From NCBI GenBank assembly GCA_041640595.1, contig JBEPZY010000001.1, positions 1,184,001-1,248,000 on the forward strand: 64,000 nucleotides of DNA, given 5' to 3'. Origin of the DNA: Gemmatales bacterium (lineage in GTDB: Bacteria; Planctomycetota; Planctomycetia; Gemmatales; HRBIN36). Both the position numbers and the translations under genes were made by a program. The notes under the pieces were generated by a model that worked only from the letters and a program-made list of their open reading frames with translations, was not told where the DNA came from and made no database searches. This document shows, piece by piece, positions 50,300-58,375 of the stretch; within the stretch, counting starts at the first letter, position 1, and the number at the start of each line of letters is the position of its first letter.

Positions 50300-50964
50300 G
50301 ATAATGGGACTTACGTGTGCTAGGCTTTTGGTACCCTTGGGCAACAGCGGGTATTCACTCTTGGGGGCGTAACTCTTCGCGTTTCGCCCTACGCGTTGCT
50401 GCGACCCACAACCTAGCCACCCCTCCGCGAAGACCCACTCTCGTTCATCACCGGCGGTGACCGCGATAGGGGATGTAAACTAGCCATGCCCCTTTCTCGG
50501 TATGAGAGAAACTAAGCAGACCGCCGGGCATGTAAGTTGCGAAAACGTGTTCGTGCCTCTACTTATACATGCACAGAAAATCAGCGCATCGCTGAACAGA
50601 GAAATTGTGGCACTATACTTGAGAATTCACTTCCCGGTACAATGCAAGTTGGCACACCGTTTGGCTTCCAATGTTAGCCGCGAAGGAGACTTGCCTTTGG
50701 CCTTGAGTTGCAATGCAAGTTGGCGCTCCGTAGGCCACCGAACGTGTGGCTCTTTGTCCGCGGCTCCAGTTATAGGCGCAAAGGAAACCAGAGCCTCGTC
50801 GGGCCGGAAAAGTTGCCAGAAACTATTGTCGGCTGTCATTCCTGGTTATTAATGGCTCCAATTGCTGGTTCGATGCGAAGCTAATAGATCGCCGGGCAGG
50901 TAGGCTGATGTGCGTTGTTCGCAAGCGTCTTGATGCGAATCGGACAGCTAAGCTTGCAGGCAGA

Positions 50965-51480
50965 CTGCTGTCCTCTGTCCGCAACATAACCGAACATGTG
51001 ACTAAGCTCTTAGGCGCAAGGACATTCTAGCCGGACTGCTGTCGTTTGTCGCAACGTGACTGAGGGTCTGGTTAGTGTTTAGGCCCAATCTACATTCCCG
51101 GCGGGCTGCGGTGTTTGTTCGCAATGTGACCGAGGGTCTGGATAGGCCTATAGGCCCAATCTGCATTCCGGGCGGGCTGCGGTGTTTGTTCGCAATGTGA
51201 CCGAGGGTCTGGATAGGCCTATAGACCCAATCTACATTCCCGGCGGGCTCTGGTGTTTGTTCGCAATGTGACCGAGGGTCTGGATAGGCCTATAGGCCCA
51301 ATCTGCATTCTGGGCGGGCTGCTGTCGTTTGTTTGCTACGTGACCGAGCGTCTGGATAGGCTTTTAGACCCAATCTACATTCCGGGCGGGCTGCTGTCGT
51401 TTGTTTGCTACGTGACCGAGCGTCTGGGTAGGCTTTTAGACCCAATCTACATTCCCGGCGGGTCCGGTGTTTGTTCGCAT
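50965..51480. repeat. 70-72 bp tandem repeat, about 7.5 units, non-coding
   Basis: Unit ~CTGCGGTGTTTGTTCGCAATGTGACCGAGGGTCTGGATAGGCCTATAGGCCCAATCTACATTCCGGGCGGG; anchor at 50981, 51051, 51121, 51192, 51263, 51335, 51407 and 51477. Confidence 0.97.
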
Positions 51481-51584
51481 CGCCACTTATAGGTGGGACA
51501 AAGCTTACAGTGCTGGACAGGTATAGCGGTGCGGGGAACGGTGAGCAAACTCCTCTAATTCGGCAGAGTCTTCTTTATAAGTGG

Positions 51585-51676
51585 AACCGGGAAGGTATAG
51601 CTGTGCGGAACCTTGATAGGACGCCGTATCGGTCTCGTGCTCGCGAAAGTAACCGGGAATGTAAAGCTGTGCGAAA
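51585..51676. repeat. 26-30 bp imperfect direct repeat x2 (period 66), with a weaker third copy 74 bp upstream
   Basis: AACCGGGAAGGTATAGCTGTGCGGAA (51585) vs AACCGGGAATGTAAAGCTGTGCGAAA (51651); GGTATAGCGGTGCGG at 51520. Confidence 0.78.
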
Positions 51677-52284
51677 GCGCTAAGCGAACTCGGTTGGGTG
51701 GCGGTGGGCGACTCCGCCGACCCGAACCGAGTCGCGTCCGGCCTGCGTTAGCGAAACCCCGAAAGTCTTGTGATGCGGATCGCTCAGCTTCGCATGGAAA
51801 TAGCTAGCTGCCTGCCGTCGGCCACAGTGGGCGGAGCGGGATGGCAGTCGGAAAAGCGGGTTGGACTCACTCCTCACCAGAGAAATACGCAGAACCCGAG
51901 GAGAAATTAGGTAGCCAGCAGTTAAAAAACCGTCAGTCCATCCCCGAATTCCGCCGGGGCTTGACGGAACCCAGGTGAGTCGGTAAAATTGGTATAACAT
52001 GGTAATACCGACGGTGAGCAACTTGGTTCAGATGGCTTCGTGCCTCTCGGACGGCCAGATGGTCAGGGAAGGCATTCCGAATGGCTTACAGGGCCGAAGG
52101 AGGCCCTTGCTGGCCAAAATAAACAAGCCATTGCCCAGCCATGGTGAAGGAACGCGCTGGTGCAGAACAACCGGGAGCCGCAGAGCCTGTTCCACACAAG
52201 CTAGGAAGCAAGTCCTTTCTTGTCAATAACTTATGGCGAAAATCGCGGCGTATTTCCTGAAAATTTAGCAAATGGAGGTGGAAA

Positions 52285-53319
52285 ATGCGTGTCGGCAGAA
52301 AACCGGCAGACTCAAAGTCTCCGCAAGTGCAAAAATGGTGGCTGCGAATCCCGGCCAAATGGCTCGCGGTCGGTTTGGTCGTGTTGTTAGGCATGACGGC
52401 TGGTGGATGCGTGAGGCGACTGGAAGGCGATCCCTGGGGTGGGACGTCGAAACTTCGCGTGCTGGCGACGATCGTGCCCTGGCACTGTCTGGCCGCCAGC
52501 ATCGCGGAACCGGAGGCTGATGTCCGATGTTTGTGCATAACCAACGGTCCGCACGAATTTCAGCCGACGGCCGAAGAAGCGAGGCTGCTCAACAGTGCCG
52601 ACCTGGTAATTGCGAATGGTCTGGGGCTGGAAGGGTTCCTGGTGCCGATGCTGCGTGGCAGTGGGCGGAAAGACTTGACAGTGTTGCGGGTGGCGGAAGA
52701 ATTACCGCGTCGCGGCGGCAAGTTGATCGAGGTACCGGGCTATGAACATCACGGGCACGTGCATGGTCCTGGTAACGATCCCCATGTCTGGCTGGGTTTC
52801 CAGGAAGCGGAGTTGGCGGCCGAGATGATTACCGAAGCGCTGAGCCAGGCCCGTCCAGAGCATAAGGAAGCATTCCAGCAACGCTGCGAACAGGTCAAGC
52901 AACGACTGAATGCACTGCGTAAACAAGCTGAACCGCTGAGTCGCACGCAGGGCGCCCTTCTAACCGCTCATGACGCGTTTCGCTATTTCGGACGCTCGGT
53001 GTTCGGAGCGGACTACGAACAGCGGCTGATTGCCGTGCGCGGTTTGCACGGAGAAGAACTTGCCGCGGCCGACTTTGATAAACTGGTAATCGAGTGCCGC
53101 CGCAAACGTGTCCGTGCTTTCGCGATTGAACCGGGGTCTTCTCGCGTGATCCTGGATCGCATCCAGGAAAGTCTTGGAGAAAAACTGCCTGTCCTCGAAC
53201 TCGACCCGATAGAAACGGCCGATCCAGACCCGCAACGCCGCTTCTATGTCTCCCCCGACTGGTATTTCAAGGTCATGGAAAAGAACCTGCAACAACTCCT
53301 TGGGGTATTTCAGCCATGA
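52285..53319 (+). CDS. znuA: Zn/Mn ABC transporter substrate-binding lipoprotein (ZnuA/TroA family)
   Basis: 'GPHEFQPT', 'NGLGLEGFL', His-rich loop 'EHHGHVHG', 'DPHVWL', 'HDAFRYF'. Confidence 0.9.
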   Translation: MRVGRKPADSKSPQVQKWWLRIPAKWLAVGLVVLLGMTAGGCVRRLEGDPWGGTSKLRVLATIVPWHCLAASIAEPEADVRCLCITNGPHEFQPTAEEARLLNSADLVIANGLGLEGFLVPMLRGSGRKDLTVLRVAEELPRRGGKLIEVPGYEHHGHVHGPGNDPHVWLGFQEAELAAEMITEALSQARPEHKEAFQQRCEQVKQRLNALRKQAEPLSRTQGALLTAHDAFRYFGRSVFGADYEQRLIAVRGLHGEELAAADFDKLVIECRRKRVRAFAIEPGSSRVILDRIQESLGEKLPVLELDPIETADPDPQRRFYVSPDWYFKVMEKNLQQLLGVFQP

Positions 53320-54077
53320 AGCCGTCGGACGATGCCCTGGTTACGGTGGAAGACCTAAGTGTCACGCTGGGCGGGAAAGCTATCCTGCAGCACCTGCATA
53401 CGCGAATTCCGCGAGGCCAGATCACAGCGCTCATCGGTTTGAATGGTTCGGGCAAGACAACGTTTCTGCGGGCGATCCTGGGTGAGGTACCGTACACCGG
53501 ACGGGTGGTTTTTCACTGCGGCCACAATCATCGCTCCAGGCATCCGGAAAAGATCGGCTACGTTCCGCAACGGTTGCTTTTTGATATGAACCTGCCGATT
53601 ACCGTGGTGGAACTGCTAGCGTTGGGAATCACGGCACGCCCGTTGTTTCTCGGCATTGGGAAGGCGACCCGTCAGCGCATCCGCGAACTCTTGAGCCGGG
53701 TGCATGCCGAACACTTGCTCGATAGTCCCGTGGCTGGCTTGTCGGGTGGGGAATTGCAGCGTGTGTTGCTGGCTCTGGCACTGGAGCCGTTACCAGAGCT
53801 GTTGCTCCTGGACGAGCCAGCAGCGGGGATTGATTTCCGACACCAGGGAGAGTTTTACTCTCTGATCGCGGAGCTGAATCAGCAGCACGGTATTACCACC
53901 GTGCTGGTCTCGCATGACCTGAGCGTGGTAAGCAATTGTGCCCATCATGTGCTTTGCTTGCGCAACGGACAGATTCAATGCGAAGGGCCACCCCGGGAAA
54001 TTTTAAGCGGAGAGCGAATCGCGGAAATATTCGGCGAGGACAAGGCTGTTTATCCCCATCGTGCCCACCATCACTAG
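53316..54077 (+). CDS. znuC: Zn/Mn ABC transporter ATP-binding protein
   Basis: 'GLNGSGKTT', 'IGYVPQ', 'LSGGELQRVLLA', 'LDEP', 'SHDL'. Confidence 0.9.
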   Translation: MKPSDDALVTVEDLSVTLGGKAILQHLHTRIPRGQITALIGLNGSGKTTFLRAILGEVPYTGRVVFHCGHNHRSRHPEKIGYVPQRLLFDMNLPITVVELLALGITARPLFLGIGKATRQRIRELLSRVHAEHLLDSPVAGLSGGELQRVLLALALEPLPELLLLDEPAAGIDFRHQGEFYSLIAELNQQHGITTVLVSHDLSVVSNCAHHVLCLRNGQIQCEGPPREILSGERIAEIFGEDKAVYPHRAHHH

Positions 54078-54215
54078 CCTGGTTCCGCTCTTCCCTTGTT
54101 AGCAGTCTGTTCTGAAAATGGGCAGAAGAATATCGGGGCAGCCCTTCCAGCCCGCCTTCAGACTTGCTATCTCCAGGGTGGATTTGTTTGACTGGCGAAA
54201 CACCAGGGGAACCCC

Positions 54216-55538
54216 ATGCGTGCGGAAATCATTGCCATCGGCACGGAACTCGTCCACGGACAGAAGCTCGACACTAACAGTGCCTGGCTGAGCCGACGGG
54301 TGCAGGAGCTCGGTCTGGAACCCACCTGGCATACCACGATTCCCGATGACCTTGAAGTCATGGTCGCGGCCCTGGATTTGGCGCGACAGCGAGCGGACCT
54401 CGTTATCATCACCGGCGGTTTGGGTCCCACCCTGGACGATTTAACCCGCGAAGCTCTGGCACGGTTGGCCGGGGTCGAACTGGTGCTGCATGAACCGTCT
54501 TTGCGTCGCATCGAGGAACTATTTGCCCGCCGCGGTCGTCCCATGCCGGAACGCAACCGGGTCCAGGCAATGATTCCTCGAGGTGCCGAGGTCATCGTTA
54601 ACGAGTTGGGCACCGCTCCCGGTATCTGGATGAGCGTGCCTCGCCAGCCGTGTGGTTGCCCCCGTGAAGACAGCCCGCTGACGCTGGGCCTGGCTAAGCC
54701 GCGAACGTTAGTCATAGCCTTGCCCGGAGTGCCGAGCGAACTTTTTGCCATGTGGGAAAAAGAAGTTCGGCCACGCCTGCAAAAGCAACTGCCGGGTGGG
54801 GTAGTAGTCCGCGAACGATTGCTGCATTGTTTCGGGCTGGGCGAATCCGCCATCGAGGCCAAACTCGGTGATCTGACACGCCGCGGTCGCAATCCGGAGG
54901 TGGGAATCACCGCTTCCGATGCGGTGATCACGCTGCGGCTGGTGGCCCGTGCGGCTACGGAAGCGGAAGCACTCGCCCTTTTGCAAACCGATGAAGCGTA
55001 TATTCGCCAGCAACTGGGGGAACTGGTATTCGGTAGCGGACAGGAAGAACTGCAACATGCTGTGGCCTCCCTGCTGGCAGCCACAGGCCAGACGCTGGCA
55101 ACTGCGGAAAGCGTAACCGGCGGACTGCTCGCCAGTCGGCTCACTCAGGTTCCCGGTATCAGCAAATGGTATCGCGGCGGAATTGTGGCTTATCAGACGC
55201 CCGTAAAAGCCGAGGTTCTGGGCGTAGATAAGGAGTTACTGGATCGCTTTGGGGCGGTTTCCGCACCAGTAGCATCGGCGATGGCGGAACGCGCTCGACA
55301 ACTTTTTGCTTCCGACCTGGCTCTTTCGACCACCGGTGTCGCTGGCCCCGATCCGGATGAGCGCGGCAATCCGGTAGGTCTGGTGTACATCGGTTTGGCT
55401 TATCCGGGCGGCGTGCACACCTGCGAGGTCCGCTGGTTCGGCAACCGCCTGGAAATTCAGAGCCGTGCTGCTAAATCGGCTCTCAACGAATTGCGATTGC
55501 ATTTGTTGCGCAAGCTGCCAACTCCATCGCGGGCCTAA
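54216..55538 (+). CDS. cinA: CinA-like protein (molybdopterin-binding domain plus NMN deamidase PncC)
   Basis: 'IGTELV.GQ..DTNS', 'GGLGPT.DDLT', 'LPGVP.E', 'AESVTGG', 'GAVS', 'TGVAGP'. Confidence 0.96.
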   Translation: MRAEIIAIGTELVHGQKLDTNSAWLSRRVQELGLEPTWHTTIPDDLEVMVAALDLARQRADLVIITGGLGPTLDDLTREALARLAGVELVLHEPSLRRIEELFARRGRPMPERNRVQAMIPRGAEVIVNELGTAPGIWMSVPRQPCGCPREDSPLTLGLAKPRTLVIALPGVPSELFAMWEKEVRPRLQKQLPGGVVVRERLLHCFGLGESAIEAKLGDLTRRGRNPEVGITASDAVITLRLVARAATEAEALALLQTDEAYIRQQLGELVFGSGQEELQHAVASLLAATGQTLATAESVTGGLLASRLTQVPGISKWYRGGIVAYQTPVKAEVLGVDKELLDRFGAVSAPVASAMAERARQLFASDLALSTTGVAGPDPDERGNPVGLVYIGLAYPGGVHTCEVRWFGNRLEIQSRAAKSALNELRLHLLRKLPTPSRA

Positions 55539-55894
55539 ACGAAGCTACCGCGGCTTTTCGGACCATCCCGACAAAGTCGCAGCGACTGTGGGGGAGAATC
55601 CAAGCGAAAAAACCACCCTAGTCGCAACACGTTCTTTGCAAGATCGTTCACCTTGCCGGCCGACCTTGCGGCTCGCATACTTACTATTCGGTTCTTCCCG
55701 TGTACGGTGACCAATTACTCTTGCCACACAGCAAGAGCAACCGGAGGGCTTTCCGCGTTGCCTCGTGTAAAACCAGGGGCCACCGGCTAGTCCCGTGCTT
55801 GCCTATACTTTAGGAGTACATTTGTACGTAGTGGCAGGAGGTCGGCACTGGAGAATCGCAAACCCACTCGACAGGGGATCTGGAGAAGCGCACC

Positions 55895-56923
55895 ATGACC
55901 GATGGAATTCATGTGGCAGTAGTAGGCGCGACCGGCGCCGTGGGCGAAATGATGCGACGATTGTTGCTGGAACGCCGTTTCCCGTTAGCCAGCATCAGAT
56001 TCCTGGCTTCGGAGCGCAGCGCAGGCAAACCAATTGAGTTTGCGGGGAAAACCTACACGGTGGAACCGTTGCGTCCGGAGGCCTTCGCCGGTGTCGAACT
56101 GGTATTATCGAGCACACCGGCAGCGGTGAGCCGCGAGTGGAGTCCGGTAGCTGCCAGGGCCGGGGCGATCATCGTGGACAATTCCAGTGCCTGGCGGATG
56201 GATCCGGATGTGCCCCTGGTAGTGCCGGAAGTCAATCCGCATACGCTCGCCCGCATCCCCAAACGCATAATCGCCAACCCGAATTGCTCCACCATTCAGA
56301 TGGTGGTGGCCCTGAAGCCATTGCACGATTTCGCCCGGATTCGCAGAATCGTCGTCTGCACCTATCAAGCCTCTTCGGGCAAAGGCGCTAAAGGCGTTTA
56401 TGACCTGGAGCGGCAAATCCAGGCGCTGGCTCGCGGCGAACCGTTGCCCCCTTCCATCGCCCATGCTGCTCCCCTGGCCGGAAACGTCGTTCCGCATGAT
56501 TGGAAACTCGGCGAAGAGGGATACTCGGAAGAAGAATGGAAAATGATTCGGGAAACCCGCAAAATCCTGGGCGATGAAACCATCCTGGTTTCGCCGACCA
56601 CAGCCCGCGTGCCGGTGCACACTGGCCATGCCGAGGCGATCAACGTCGAATTTACCAGGCCGATCTCCCCAGAGCAAGCACGCGAATTGTTACGCAAAGC
56701 GCCGGGCGTTGTCGTGCTGGACGATTACGCGAAAGGGGAAGTGCCGATGCCCCTGACCGTCGCCGGACGGGACGAAGTGTTTGTCGGTCGAATTCGCCGG
56801 GATCCCACTGTGGCCAATGGCTTGAACCTGTGGGTTGTCGCGGACAATCTCCGTAAAGGAGCCGCTACTAACGCCGTGCAAATTGCCGAGGAGCTTCTGC
56901 GTCGCGGATTGTTGCGTCGCTAG
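55895..56923 (+). CDS. asd: Aspartate-semialdehyde dehydrogenase
   Basis: 'VGATGAVG', 'DNSSAWRM', 'ANPNCSTIQM', 'DNLRKGAATNAVQI'. Confidence 0.98.
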   Translation: MTDGIHVAVVGATGAVGEMMRRLLLERRFPLASIRFLASERSAGKPIEFAGKTYTVEPLRPEAFAGVELVLSSTPAAVSREWSPVAARAGAIIVDNSSAWRMDPDVPLVVPEVNPHTLARIPKRIIANPNCSTIQMVVALKPLHDFARIRRIVVCTYQASSGKGAKGVYDLERQIQALARGEPLPPSIAHAAPLAGNVVPHDWKLGEEGYSEEEWKMIRETRKILGDETILVSPTTARVPVHTGHAEAINVEFTRPISPEQARELLRKAPGVVVLDDYAKGEVPMPLTVAGRDEVFVGRIRRDPTVANGLNLWVVADNLRKGAATNAVQIAEELLRRGLLRR

Positions 56924-57018
56924 CTGATACTGCTCAGGTCATTCATCGCCAGCGTTAACTTTCATGTCCATTCACCGTCCGCAAATAGAGCCGAGCGTGG
57001 CCCGGCCGTTGTGCAACT

Positions 57019-57957
57019 TCACGATCCGCCTGTTGTTCCGCTCATCGCAGCAGGGCTATCCAGGGCGGCCCGCAACTGTCTCACCAATCCCTCTACGTTG
57101 GAAAGCAAGTCCGGCAGCGACAGGTTCTCGGCCTTCTCCAGATGAGAAACCAATGCACTGCCGACGATGATCCCATCGGCAAAATCGCGAAGCCAGCGGG
57201 CGTGTTCAGGCCGACTCACACCGAATCCCACGCACAAAGGCAAATCGGTGATGCTTCGCAACCAGCGAAGCCGCTCGACAAGCTCTTCCGGCAACCGCTC
57301 GCGCACGCCGGTTATGCCCGTTACACTCACGCAGTACACGAAACCGCTGCTGCACTCGACGATGCGCCGGGCACGGTGAGGAGGAGTGGTGGGCGTGACC
57401 AGCTGCACCAGAGCCAGTCCCGCTTCCCGACACCGCGTCGCCAATCCCGTCGACTCCTCCACGGGCAAATCCGGCACAATTAAACCACTGAAACCAGCAG
57501 ACTGACACCGCTCCACGAACCTGTCCTCCCCCTGACGAAACACCAGACTGTACGAGCACATCGCCACCAGCAACGGTGGCCGACTCTTTATGGAAACACC
57601 GGGCCCCTGGCCGCTGACCACCGACCACTGGCCACCCGTCTCCGAGTGCTGACCCGCCCTTGCCTCCTGCGTGCACCAGTCGCGCACCAGAGCGAAAATA
57701 TCATCCGCACGCACTCCGTGACGCAAGGCACGGGTGTAAGCTGCCTGGATGAGCGGACCGTCCGCGATTGGGTCGCTGTAGGGAAAGCCAACTTCGATAA
57801 CATCGGCTCCACTGCGGGCCAGGACCTGGAGCAATTGCCGTGTCGCTTCCAGACTGGGATCACCCGCCGGCAAAAACGTAATCAGAGCACGCCGACCTGT
57901 CTGTTTCAGTTCCCGCAGGTATTTTTCCAAAACTGGAGTGGCCTGTGTGTGTGGCAT
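57019..57957 (-). CDS. trpA: Tryptophan synthase alpha subunit
   Basis: 'AGDP', 'EVGFPYSDPIADGPLIQ', 'PDLP.EE', 'GFVY.VS.TG.TG', 'VGFG', 'DG.IVGSA'; start taken at ATG 57957. Confidence 0.97.
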   Translation of the reverse strand: MPHTQATPVLEKYLRELKQTGRRALITFLPAGDPSLEATRQLLQVLARSGADVIEVGFPYSDPIADGPLIQAAYTRALRHGVRADDIFALVRDWCTQEARAGQHSETGGQWSVVSGQGPGVSIKSRPPLLVAMCSYSLVFRQGEDRFVERCQSAGFSGLIVPDLPVEESTGLATRCREAGLALVQLVTPTTPPHRARRIVECSSGFVYCVSVTGITGVRERLPEELVERLRWLRSITDLPLCVGFGVSRPEHARWLRDFADGIIVGSALVSHLEKAENLSLPDLLSNVEGLVRQLRAALDSPAAMSGTTGGS

Positions 57958-58375
57958 GTTTCCCAGAAGAATGTTTGGCAGAGGCTGGACGGGTTTATCA
58001 TACGCTCTCCGGCACGGTCTCGACAATAAAAAGGCCGGGCTGCGCATCGTTACTTTTGGCCACGCGATAGGCCGGACTGCTGCAAACAGACGATCGGCAG
58101 GCGGAATTAGCGGGAAGAATGTGCCGCAACGGGGCGGCCATTCACGGCGAGCTTGGTCGCCAACGGGGCAAAGCAGTTCGGCCGTGCAGGCCATGGTGCT
58201 CTCGGAGGCGGTTGCAGGTCGCAGGGTTGGCAGCGTCTCTGCGGTCTGGACCGCCTCTGCATTTTTCACTGTAACGTACAGTTAGATTCCACGCACGCTT
58301 ACCGGTGTGGTCAGGTTTATGCGTGACGGTGTTTCCAGACTGGATGGTTCGCCTGAGTGATTGTCCCAAAAGCTG

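Noticed and set aside
47643..51480. Calling the 74-bp and ~71-bp arrays canonical CRISPR arrays
   Set aside because: Intervening segments are identical or homologous rather than unique, there is no ATTGAAA(C/G)-type repeat end, and no cas genes are nearby
51253..51492. 79-aa repeat-peptide ORF inside the ~71-bp array
   Set aside because: Arises only from two 72-bp units; the other units break the frame
52055..52110. SRP RNA, RNase P RNA or tmRNA
   Set aside because: GGAAGG/GAAGGA words are present, but the diagnostic conserved contexts are missing; no tRNA or rRNA was seen anywhere in the window
57958..58269. 104-aa N-terminal extension of TrpA in the ORF track
   Set aside because: No TrpA-like sequence; ATG 57957 gives a near-normal N-terminus
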